DNA of 64,000 nucleotides from Acidobacteriota bacterium (GTDB lineage: Bacteria; Acidobacteriota; UBA890; WLXD01). The stretch is taken from positions 576,001 to 640,000 of the forward strand of contig CAXWPH010000015.1 of the NCBI GenBank assembly GCA_963666055.2, given 5' to 3'. Each line of letters starts with the position of its first letter. Within the stretch, counting starts at the first letter, position 1. The position numbers and the translations under genes were made by a program. Positions 10,002 through 18,884 of the stretch are shown here, piece after piece. Under the pieces are notes generated by a model. That model saw nothing but the letters and a program-made list of their open reading frames with translations. It searched no databases and was not told the DNA's origin.

Positions 10002-11630
10002 CCGCAACTCCAGCTGTACCGTCGGCCGGAACGCCGGCACAACTCGGTGACGCGTTGCCCGCTCGTAGGAATGGGCCAATCGGATGAGGCTGGGCTCGCT
10101 CCACGCCGTACCGATGAACGAGATGCCCACCGGCAGCCCGAAGACATAACCGGCCGGGACCGTGATGCTGGGGTAGCCGGCCACCGCGCCGGGGCTGGAG
10201 CTGCCGCCCAGGAAATGGTCGCCGGTTACCAGATCGATAGGCCAGGCGGGTCCGTCGGTGGGGGCCACCAGAGCATCAAGATCGTGCTCGCGGAGTACCT
10301 GGTCGATCCCCTCGGGGCCTGCATAGCGCCGGTTGTTGGCGAGCGCGTCGAGGTAGGCCTGGTCGGTTAGCGGCCCCTTGGCCTCGGCCATGTGGAAGAG
10401 CTCCTGGCCGAAGTAGGGCATCTCGCGGTCACGGTTCCGCTCGTTGAATGCGATCAGGTCGGCGAGGCTACGCATCGGTCCGCCGCGGGCGCGCAGGTAC
10501 GCCGCCATGTCGTTCTTGAGCTCGTATAGCAACACTTCGTTCTCGGTGTCGCCATACTTGTCGTTATTGGGGATCTCGGCCGGGTCGACGATCACCGCGC
10601 CGGCCTCGCGCATCGCCTCGATCGCCTCTTCCATGAGCGCATCAACCCGCTCATGGAAACCGAAGAAGCCGCGTACCACACCGACGCGAGCGTCTCGCAG
10701 GCCCCCGGCATCGAGGTACTGCGTGTAATCGGGCTGGCGATGCGGCGCGGAGGGCTCGGTGTCGGGGTCGCGCGGGTCGACGCCGGTCAGCGCACCGAGC
10801 AGTACCGCCGCATCGGCGACGGTGCGCGCCATCGGCCCTGCGGTGTCTTGGCTATGGGCCAACGGGATAATACCGGCGCGGCTCCACAGCCCCAACGTGG
10901 GCTTGATACCGACAATACCGCAGGCGTTCGCTGGACAGACGATCGACCCGTCGGTCTCGGTACCGATGGCGATTGCGCCAAGGCTCGCCGAGACCGCAGC
11001 GCCCGAGCCGGAGCTCGAGCCGCACGGGCTGCGGTCCAGCACATAGGGATTGTGCGTCTGACCGCCCCGGCCACTCCACCCCGAGCTGCTGCGCGTTGAG
11101 CGCATGTTGGCCCACTCGCTGAGGTTGGTCTTGGCGAGCAGCACCGCACCCGCTTCACGTAGCCGTTCAACGATGAACGCGTCGCGCGGCGTTGGCGCGT
11201 CCACCAGCGCCAGCGAGCCCGCCGTGGTGAGCATGCGGGCGCCCGTGTCGATGTTGTCCTTGATTACTATCGGGATGCCGTGCAGCGGTCCGCGCACCCG
11301 CCCGCCGGCGCGCTCCTGGTCGAGCTGGCGAGCGATCGCCAGCGCGTTGGGGTTTACCTCGATGATCGAGTTCAAGCTCGGGCCGGCGCGATCGATCGAC
11401 TCGATGCGGCCCAGGTAGGCCAGCACCAGCTGCTCGGCGGTGAGTCGGCCGGCGGCCATGCGCTCCTGCAGATCGGCGACGGTGACTTCCTCGACGTCCA
11501 CCCTGGCGGCCTGTGTTTGCGCACCATGCTCACCATTCGTCGAGGGTATCGCCCGAACCGACGGCGCTCCTGAAGCCAGGGCCACCGCGGTTCCGGCCAG
11601 CGAGCCGCATAAGAAGTCACGTCGTCGCAT
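9984..11630 (-). CDS. Amidase signature family enzyme with Tat signal
   Basis: MRRRDFL; IKDNID, GSSSGS and GTETDGSIVCP motifs. Confidence 0.92.
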   Translation of the reverse strand: MRRRDFLCGSLAGTAVALASGAPSVRAIPSTNGEHGAQTQAARVDVEEVTVADLQERMAAGRLTAEQLVLAYLGRIESIDRAGPSLNSIIEVNPNALAIARQLDQERAGGRVRGPLHGIPIVIKDNIDTGARMLTTAGSLALVDAPTPRDAFIVERLREAGAVLLAKTNLSEWANMRSTRSSSGWSGRGGQTHNPYVLDRSPCGSSSGSGAAVSASLGAIAIGTETDGSIVCPANACGIVGIKPTLGLWSRAGIIPLAHSQDTAGPMARTVADAAVLLGALTGVDPRDPDTEPSAPHRQPDYTQYLDAGGLRDARVGVVRGFFGFHERVDALMEEAIEAMREAGAVIVDPAEIPNNDKYGDTENEVLLYELKNDMAAYLRARGGPMRSLADLIAFNERNRDREMPYFGQELFHMAEAKGPLTDQAYLDALANNRRYAGPEGIDQVLREHDLDALVAPTDGPAWPIDLVTGDHFLGGSSSPGAVAGYPSITVPAGYVFGLPVGISFIGTAWSEPSLIRLAHSYERATRHRVVPAFRPTVQLELRSPTRR

Positions 11631-11712
11631 CTCTATCCTCACGAGGTAATCGGCGCGAATCCGGCGAGCTCTGCCTCGATGGCCACCGCGGCGAGCGAGG
11701 CGAGCGAGGCGA

Positions 11713-12995
11713 CTATAGAGCGGCCTTTCCGCTGGCAAGCTCTCGGACCGCCTCAACGGCGGCGTCGCACTACTCTAGCGAGTTGTAAATGTGCGGGGAC
11801 AGCCGCAGGCCACCGCCTACCACGCCGCTCGATGCGCTGGCGAATCCTCGAGCCTCGTACAGCCACTGGTGGGCAGCGTCTGGGTCCACTCCGTTGAGAT
11901 GGAACGCCACTACCCCACCCGAGAACTCCGGATCCAGCGGCGTGTACAGGGTGACGCCCGAAATCTCGCTCACACCGCGCTTGAGCCTGCCCGCGAGCGC
12001 CTGCAAGCGTGCTTGTACCGTGCTCATGCCGATGCGATTGAACATCTCGAGGCGCTGCCGAAGCCCGCAACGGCGGCATCGTCGCGCTGCCCTAGAGTCT
12101 CGTAGCGCGCCAACCCGGTTGCGTTGGCAAAGCCCGCGCCGACCACCGTGGGCCAGAGCCGCTCCTCGATCCCCGAGCGCACGTAGAGCACGCCAGCCTC
12201 TCGTGGACCGCAGTACCACTTGTGGGCGCTGGCGCTGAAGAAGTCGCAGCCAATGGCGTGCAGATCCAGGTCGAGGGCTCCCCCAGTCTGGGCACCGTCG
12301 ATGAGCACCAGGATGTCGCGCTGGCGGGCCCACGCGCAGATCTCAGCAGCCGGAAACCGGCAGCCGCCCAGGTTGGTGACATGGCTGAATCCGATCAGCC
12401 GGGTGCGCGCCGACGTCGCGGCGATGAGCTCGTCGAAGAGCTGCTCGGGACCGCTCGGTGGTGACCGAAGCGGCACCTCGATGACGCGGAACCCGTGGCG
12501 GTCGGCGCGGTTATGCCAGGCGGCACGATTGCTCGGGTGGTTGTGGGCGCTGAGCACAACCTCGTCCTCGATCTCCAGCTCGACCCCCTGGACGACGAAG
12601 TTGTTGCTCTCGGTGGTGTTCCGGGTGATGACGATCTCGGCGGCATCGACGTGCAGGTTGAGCGCCAGCTGCTCACGAGTGAACTGGCGCGTGGCACGAA
12701 ACTGGGCTCGGTTCTGGAAGGAAGGATCGAGGTCAACAGTGGCGGTGTAAGACTCGAGCGCGGCCCGCGCCGGTGCCGACGCCGGTGCCAGGTTCGCCGT
12801 GTTCATGGGCACCTTGACACCGATGTCGTACGCATCGAGCACATCGAGCCAGTCGTCGTCTCGCTCTGGGTCGCGCGCCTGAGAACGGAGCGCCACAGCC
12901 TTGGAGGCAGCGCGCCGGGCCACGGTCAGAGGGCTGAGCGCCGCCACGCCGCCCAGCGCCGCGAGAAGACCTCTGCGTGTCAGCGGCTCGCGCAT
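11713..12995 (-). pseudogene. Class V aminotransferase (cysteine desulfurase/isopenicillin epimerase-like) with Tat signal, disrupted
   Basis: TRRGLL, RNTTE, DGAQ and SAHKW motifs; 1-nt frameshift near 12051; premature TAG at 11770-11772 followed by in-frame CDAAVEAVRELA to stop 11713. Confidence 0.8.
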
Positions 12996-13324
12996 CAGCC
13001 GGTGGCCTGGTCGGTGGTCGGCAACGCGGGGCCCCGCAGGTAGGTCTCTCGGAATTCGAGGATCTTCCGGTAGCGCGTCTCCTGGCTCTCCTTCACGAAA
13101 CCGTGGCCCTCGTCGTCGAACACCACGTATTCCACCGGTACGCTGTTCGCGCGCACCGCCTCGACGATGTGGCAGGTGGCGAGCTCCGCGGCCAGAGTGG
13201 ACACTCCAGGCGTGTAGGCCGAGCCAAGAATCGCAATCGCCAGCGCGGCAGCTATCGATGAACCGGGCAAGGAGTCTCGCGGCGCTGTTGCCGGCGTCGG
13301 GCGGCCAGCGACCTGATTGTTCAT
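12995..13324 (-). pseudogene. Internally deleted S9 peptidase remnant
   Basis: Signal-like N-terminus fused directly to S9 C-terminal motif VPVEYVVFDDEGHGF; no GxSxG. Confidence 0.7.
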
Positions 13325-13449
13325 GGGTGCCTCGCTCGGGGGTTCTGATCTGAACACCGTCACAGCCTAGTGCGAACCGGTCGGCCATACCGCTGGCGCC
13401 TCGGGCCGAGCCCGTTGCGACATCGGTCGCCGGCCGGCCTCGGGAGTCG

Positions 13450-13547
13450 AGGTTGGGAAAGCTGTTGCCGAACACCGCCGGGCTGGCACTGCGGCGATCC
13501 TCGAAGCAGATCTGGGCCCCGTCGCGGTCGATCTGGCCGACCGTCAT
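13450..13547 (-). pseudogene. Possible N-terminal remnant of an alpha/beta hydrolase
   Basis: MTVGQIDRDGAQICFED...PAVF resembles a hydrolase N-terminus, then similarity is lost. Confidence 0.25.
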
Positions 13548-13578
13548 CTGGGCAGCACTTCACGGCGCCGCGAGGCGA

Positions 13579-14853
13579 CTACCGTGCCAGGATCGCTCGA
13601 CTCAAGGCCGCTAACGAAGGCGCGCCGACCAGTTGCATGGAGCGTTGCAGCTCGGCACGGAGCATTTGCAACACCGCGTCGACACCTGCTTCTCCAAAGG
13701 CACCCAAGCCCCAGAGGTAGGGGCGGCCGATGCCTACGGCAGTGGCACCCAGGGCTAGCGCTTTGAGCATGTCCGTGCCGCGTCGGAAGCCGCCGTCGAC
13801 GATGACCGGCACGCGTCCGGCCACCGCCTCGACTACCTCCGGCAGGCTCTCGATGGTGGCCCGGCCGGAGGGCTCATTGCGGCCGCCGTGGTTCGACACC
13901 ACGATCCCGTCGACGCCGTGCTCGATGCATAGCTCGGCGTCTTCGCGCGTCACGATGCCCTTGACGACCAGCCGCATACCGATGGTGTCCTTGATGCGAT
14001 CGACGAAATCCCAGGTGGCGCTCGGATTCCCGACCCCGGTGACGTCGGTCAGATCGAGCCCATCGAACATGGGCTTGCGGCGCACAGAACCGGCGAAACC
14101 CTCGGCTCGAGGCAAGTGGCAGACGCTGCAGTCGCGCGGGTCTTCCTGCGAACCTCTGGCGGAGGTCTCGCGGTTGCCACCTACGGGGTGGTCGACGGTC
14201 AACACGACAACCGGACAGCCGGCGGCCTCGACACGGCGCAGGATCGCCTCGGTGACCGCCCATTTGTTGGTCGGGTAAAGCTGATACCAAACAGGCTCGC
14301 CGCGCGCCTCGTTGACTTCCTCAACCGACGACGTGGTGACGGTGGAGAGCATCTGCAGATGTCCTCGCGCTCGCGCGGCGCGGGCAACCGCGACCTCGCC
14401 GTCCGGATGAAACGCTTTCTGGCTGCCGCATGGCTGGATGACGATCGGCGTCTCCCAGCGCCGGCCAAAGATCTCCGTGGACATGTCTATCTGACTTACG
14501 TCGACGAGGCGCCGGGCACGGAGCTGGAGGCGCGCCAGGGCGTCGCGGTTAGCTTGCAGCGTCACTTCGCCGTCGACGCCGGTAGCCATATAGGCGAAGT
14601 GCGACGGTGGGACGTTCTTGCGCGCCGTGGCCTCGAGGTCGAAGACGTTCACCGCCTGGTCGGGCGAATAGACGACGCGGCCCTGCTCGCTGACGAATTG
14701 GGCGATCTCGGCGGCGATTTCGTCATCGAACCGGGCCGCCGCGGAGTCGGCGAACGGCCACCGGTACAGTCCGGCACCGGCGAGCAGCGGAGTGCCGGCC
14801 AAGTATCGCAAGAAACCGCGCCGTGTCGTCAGGGGTTCCGGGGGACGAGTCAT
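13579..14853 (-). CDS. FMN-dependent alpha-hydroxy acid oxidase/dehydrogenase with Tat signal
   Basis: TRRGFL; WYQLY, VVKGI, VSNHGGR, DGGFRRGTD and IGRP motifs. Confidence 0.92.
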   Translation of the reverse strand: MTRPPEPLTTRRGFLRYLAGTPLLAGAGLYRWPFADSAAARFDDEIAAEIAQFVSEQGRVVYSPDQAVNVFDLEATARKNVPPSHFAYMATGVDGEVTLQANRDALARLQLRARRLVDVSQIDMSTEIFGRRWETPIVIQPCGSQKAFHPDGEVAVARAARARGHLQMLSTVTTSSVEEVNEARGEPVWYQLYPTNKWAVTEAILRRVEAAGCPVVVLTVDHPVGGNRETSARGSQEDPRDCSVCHLPRAEGFAGSVRRKPMFDGLDLTDVTGVGNPSATWDFVDRIKDTIGMRLVVKGIVTREDAELCIEHGVDGIVVSNHGGRNEPSGRATIESLPEVVEAVAGRVPVIVDGGFRRGTDMLKALALGATAVGIGRPYLWGLGAFGEAGVDAVLQMLRAELQRSMQLVGAPSLAALSRAILAR

Positions 14854-15000
14854 TGGTCCTCCTAGCGTCGGTCCTTCTGGTGGATCACGCACCTCACCAC
14901 AACAGCCGCCCAACTTCAACGAGTCGCCGCGAGGTGCGGTCGGTCGTTCGCCACCGACACACCGTAGCGATGGAGCAAGTACCATGAAGTGTCGGTTGTT

Positions 15001-15029
15001 TTGACGCTAGCCGTTCCGACCGCTACGCT
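15001..15029 (+). promoter_or_regulatory. Sigma70-like promoter TTGACG-N17-TACGCT
   Basis: Consensus-like boxes upstream of the desaturase; supports the 15082 start. Confidence 0.5.
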
Positions 15030-15081
15030 CGCGAAGTCGGACCAGCTACCGGTCCCCTCCCCTCGCCCGGAGCTGCGGCGC

Positions 15082-16059
15082 GTGACCCAGACTGTCGACG
15101 ACTTTCGCCACTCACATGAGTGCGAGCCGCACCACCCTCGCACCAAGGCGATCCTCCTCGACCATCCTGAGGTCCGCGAGCTGATCGGACGCAATCCCTG
15201 GTCCTTCGCGATTATCCTCGGCATCGTCGCAGTCCAGTTCAGCGTCGCCTGGACGTTGCGCGACAGCCCCTGGTGGCTGATCGGAATCGTGGCCTACTGC
15301 TTCGGCGCCTTCGTGAACCACACGAGCTACGTGATGGTGCACGACGCAACCCACGGGCTGATCTTCCGGCCGCGCTGGGCGAACAACCTCGCAGCCATCC
15401 TCTCGGGCGCGGTGAACACCATGCCAACGGCGATGTCGTTCCGGTCATATCACCTCATACACCATTCGCATCAGGGCGTGCACGAAGTGGATGCAGACAT
15501 ACCAAGTTATTGGGAGGCGCGCCTGATCGGCAACTCGTTCTTCCGCAAGCTGATCTGGCTGCTGTTGTACCCGCTGATGCAGTCGCTTCGACCGCTGCGC
15601 ATCAAGCAGCTGACCTTTCTGACGCGATGGACGCTCGCCGATTGGGTGATCGTCTTCTCCATCGATGCGCTGGTGATCTGGGCTTGGGGTCCGCGGGCGT
15701 TTTTGTACTTGCTGGCCTCCCTGTTCTTCGCCGTCGGTCTGCACCCGCTGGGTGCCCGCTGGATCCAGGAGCACTACATGGTCGGATCCGACATCCAGGA
15801 GACCTTCAGCTACTACGGCAAGATGAACTGGTTGGCCTGCAACGTCGGCTATCACACCGAGCACCACGACTTCACTTCGGTGCCGTGGAACCGGTTGCCG
15901 CAGATAACCGCCGTGGCCCCCGAGTACTACAAATCGCTCGTGAGCCACGAATCGTGGGCGCGCCTGATGTGGCGCTTCCTCACCGAGGCCGACCTGTCGC
16001 TCTGGGCGCGCACGGTCCGCGACGGGCGCCATGGCGACGCCGAGGACTGCGCCGGCTGA
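15082..16059 (+). CDS. Sphingolipid delta-4 desaturase (DES1)-like membrane desaturase/hydroxylase
   Basis: N-terminal EPH..R.KAIL..HPEV..L.G motif; His boxes HDATH, HLIHH, HTEHH; LHPLGARWIQEH and TFSYYG. Confidence 0.88.
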   Translation: MTQTVDDFRHSHECEPHHPRTKAILLDHPEVRELIGRNPWSFAIILGIVAVQFSVAWTLRDSPWWLIGIVAYCFGAFVNHTSYVMVHDATHGLIFRPRWANNLAAILSGAVNTMPTAMSFRSYHLIHHSHQGVHEVDADIPSYWEARLIGNSFFRKLIWLLLYPLMQSLRPLRIKQLTFLTRWTLADWVIVFSIDALVIWAWGPRAFLYLLASLFFAVGLHPLGARWIQEHYMVGSDIQETFSYYGKMNWLACNVGYHTEHHDFTSVPWNRLPQITAVAPEYYKSLVSHESWARLMWRFLTEADLSLWARTVRDGRHGDAEDCAG

Positions 16060-16076
16060 ACCGCCTGAACCGCATG

Positions 16077-16096
16077 CTTCCACCAGGGCCTGCTAG
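16077..16096 (-). repeat. Partial family A TIR
   Basis: cttccaccagggcctg-ctag versus cttccaccacggcctg-ctag; preceded by a 9-bp tandem repeat ctgaaccgc x2 (16056-16073). Confidence 0.7.
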
Positions 16097-16335
16097 GCGC
16101 ATCTTCGGGGTAAGAAGACGTATCGATATTCCAGGCGCACGATGTCGCTGTACCAGACGGTATCGGTGCAGGCGACCCCCCAACCGGCATAGAAGGAGCC
16201 GCGGCTTCCGGCGCTCCCCATGCGCGCGGCGAGCCATATCGAAGGCGGTGCTACTGAGCAGGGTCTGGCGCCCGACGGCTAGGGACATCAGCCTCGCCGT
16301 AAACGGCTTCGCCAACTAAATCGCAGGGCGAGGAT

Positions 16336-17943
16336 ATGTCATCTGCACACCGTGGGCGCCGCTCGCAAGGGCACGAGCAGAAGAAAGAGAAGGCCGCCCG
16401 CACACCAACCCTGGTGCCATCGCTGCGGGTGTTCGGCATACCGTCGTCGTTAGCGCTCGGACTCTTGGCGCTCTCCTTTGTACCTCGCCTCTACGATCAG
16501 CCGGTGCTCGCCCGGTCGCTCTGGGGCGCAGCAGCGGTGCTGCTGATCTGGCAGGTCGTGCTCATCGGAAGCCTCAGGCGCTCCGGCGTCGGCCGATCGT
16601 TGCACACGGTTTTGCGGCCGCAACACTACGCGCAGGCGATGGTTCAGGCGGCCGTGTTCGTCTACTGGGGCTACTACTGGCGGCCTGTCTACGACTACGC
16701 CTGGCTCCTGGTGGCGCAGCTGGTGTTCGCCTATGCCTTCGACATGCTGCTGACATGGTCGCGTCGTGACAGCTACGGGCTCGGCTTCAGTCCGTTTCCG
16801 ATCATATTCAGCACCAACCTGTTTCTTTGGTTCAGGGACGATTGGTTCTACCTGCAGTTCCTGATGGTTGCCGTCGGCTTCCTCGGAAAGGAGTTCGTGC
16901 GCTGGCGCCGTGACAACAGGCGAACGCACATTTTCAACCCGTCGGCCTTCTCGCTCGGGCTGTTCTCGGTGGTGTTGATCGTCACCAACACCACCGAGCT
17001 CACCTGGGGACAGGACATTGCGACGACCCTGACGCTGGCGCCGAGGATCTATCTGTTCCTGTTCCTGCTGGGGTTGGTGGTCATGTACTTATTCTCGATC
17101 ACGCTCGTCGCCGGGGGCGCCGCGGTCGCGCTCTTCGGGTCGAGCGCGCTGTATTGGGGGTGGACCGGGGTCCCCTATTTCGTCGATTCGGAGATACCCA
17201 CCGCCGTCTTTCTCGGGCTCCATCTGCTGGTGACCGATCCGTCCACGTCGCCCAGAACACCACTCGGCAAGGCCCTGTTCGGCGTGTTGTACGGGTTGGG
17301 GGTGTTCGGCCTCTATGCCCTGCTCGGGGCATTCGGCGCCCCGACGTTCTACGACAAGCTGCTGTGCGTGCCGCTCTTGAACCTCGGCGTACAACGCATC
17401 GACCGCCTGGCCCGCTTTCTCGAGCAGTCCCCTGCCGCGCAGAGCTGGGGAAAATGGGCGCCGCTGCGCCGCAATGCGGCTCACATGGCTGTCTGGATCG
17501 CCTTCTTCGCCGCCGTGACGGCGACCGGTTCGACCGACGGCATGCACCCCGGCGATACCCTGCCCTTCTGGCAGCAAGCCTGCGCCGAGGGCCGACGAAA
17601 TGCCTGTGATCAGCTGCTGCAGATTGAGACCTCGTACTGCGGCGACAACTCGGCATGGGCATGCAACGAGCTGGGAAGACACTACCGGGCCGCGGAATTG
17701 GTAGCGCCCGATGACGAGCGCGCGCGGGGCTTCTTCTCGCGAGCCTGCGAGCTGCGCTACCTACCCGCTTGCTTCAACCTACTTGATCCCGGCGGTTCCT
17801 ATCGGACCGAACCGCGCCACATCGACCTGCGGCTGCTGCTGCGTGAGGGCGGAGCGAACCTGCTCGAGATGCCGGAAGAAGAGCTGCTCGCTCGCGCCTG
17901 TGCACACCACTGGACCTTCGCGTGTGGTGAGGGCGCACGGTAA
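16336..17943 (+). CDS. RnfD/NqrB-like (UnbU-type) membrane protein with Cys-rich Sel1-like C-terminus
   Basis: Many TM helices; HIFNPSAF and TDPSTSP motifs; repeated C-x7-C in the C-terminal part. Confidence 0.7.
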   Translation: MSSAHRGRRSQGHEQKKEKAARTPTLVPSLRVFGIPSSLALGLLALSFVPRLYDQPVLARSLWGAAAVLLIWQVVLIGSLRRSGVGRSLHTVLRPQHYAQAMVQAAVFVYWGYYWRPVYDYAWLLVAQLVFAYAFDMLLTWSRRDSYGLGFSPFPIIFSTNLFLWFRDDWFYLQFLMVAVGFLGKEFVRWRRDNRRTHIFNPSAFSLGLFSVVLIVTNTTELTWGQDIATTLTLAPRIYLFLFLLGLVVMYLFSITLVAGGAAVALFGSSALYWGWTGVPYFVDSEIPTAVFLGLHLLVTDPSTSPRTPLGKALFGVLYGLGVFGLYALLGAFGAPTFYDKLLCVPLLNLGVQRIDRLARFLEQSPAAQSWGKWAPLRRNAAHMAVWIAFFAAVTATGSTDGMHPGDTLPFWQQACAEGRRNACDQLLQIETSYCGDNSAWACNELGRHYRAAELVAPDDERARGFFSRACELRYLPACFNLLDPGGSYRTEPRHIDLRLLLREGGANLLEMPEEELLARACAHHWTFACGEGAR

Positions 17944-18884
17944 TGCGGTCAACTGCCGGCGGGCGGCGCGTACGGCTGCTGGCGACTGCCCTGATCGTCA
18001 TCGGAGCAGTTGCCTGTAACCGCCCGCTGTCGGAGGTCGAGGGCGGGCAGGCACCATCCACAGCCAATCTCTCAGAGCTTCCCGGGTTTCGCGCCGACGC
18101 CTGGTTTCTGCCCGACGACGAGCTCCTCGGGTTCGTGGAAATCCCGGCCGGGCAGTTCGTCATGGGCAGCGACGCGGCGATCGATGCGCTGGCCTTTGCC
18201 AACGAGCGCTGGAGCGACGGAAGTGCCCAGGGGACGGTTGACCTTCCGGCCTTCTACATCGGCCGCTACGAAGTCACCGTGGCGCAGTTCAGCGCGTTCG
18301 TGCAGGCAACGGGGTTCAGGGTCGACGGGCGTGCCCTGCAGGCTCCTCCCGATCACCCCGTGACCTGGATCTCATGGCCGGATGCCCTCGCCTACTGCCG
18401 GTGGCTCGAGGCAGCTCTCGGACAATGGCCTCGAGCACCGCGGCAGCTCAGCCGTGCGCTTGACGCCGGCTGGCGCATCGAGCTACCGAGCGAAGCGGAG
18501 TGGGAGAAGGCGGCGCGCGGAACGGATGGTCGGATCTATCCATGGGGGAACAGGCTGGCGCCGGCGCCGGCCAACTACCGAGGCATGGCGACGACAGCGG
18601 TGGGCAGCTTCGACTGCCCGGAGTGCGCCTTCGGTCTCTTCGACATGAGCGGCAATGTTTGGGAGCTGACGCGCAGCCCGTACCAGCCATACCCGTACGA
18701 CCCCACCGACGACCGAGAAGATCTTGAAGCGGATGCCCTGTGGGTCATGCGTGGCGGCCATTTCGGCGATCCTGAGCAGAACATTCGCGCCGCCGCTCGC
18801 GGTGGCGTCGACCCTGGTGCGCGCCGTCCCTTTATCGGGTTCCGCGTGGTGATCGTTCCCACGGTTTCCACTCGATACCCATGA
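17943..18884 (+). CDS. FGE-sulfatase (SUMF1/EgtB) domain lipoprotein
   Basis: YEVTVAQF, LPSEAEWEKAARG, FGLFDMSGNVWE, RGG and IGFRVV motifs; AVAC lipobox; TAATG coupling. Confidence 0.9.
   Translation: MRSTAGGRRVRLLATALIVIGAVACNRPLSEVEGGQAPSTANLSELPGFRADAWFLPDDELLGFVEIPAGQFVMGSDAAIDALAFANERWSDGSAQGTVDLPAFYIGRYEVTVAQFSAFVQATGFRVDGRALQAPPDHPVTWISWPDALAYCRWLEAALGQWPRAPRQLSRALDAGWRIELPSEAEWEKAARGTDGRIYPWGNRLAPAPANYRGMATTAVGSFDCPECAFGLFDMSGNVWELTRSPYQPYPYDPTDDREDLEADALWVMRGGHFGDPEQNIRAAARGGVDPGARRPFIGFRVVIVPTVSTRYP

Noticed and set aside
11691-11712. 9-bp tandem gcgagcgag repeat
   Set aside because: Short GC-rich repeat expected from slippage; no associated element
11770-11772. Amber readthrough (pyrrolysine or recoding) in the aminotransferase
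   Set aside because: The gene also has a frameshift, TAG is a normal stop in many other genes here, and no pyl genes are seen
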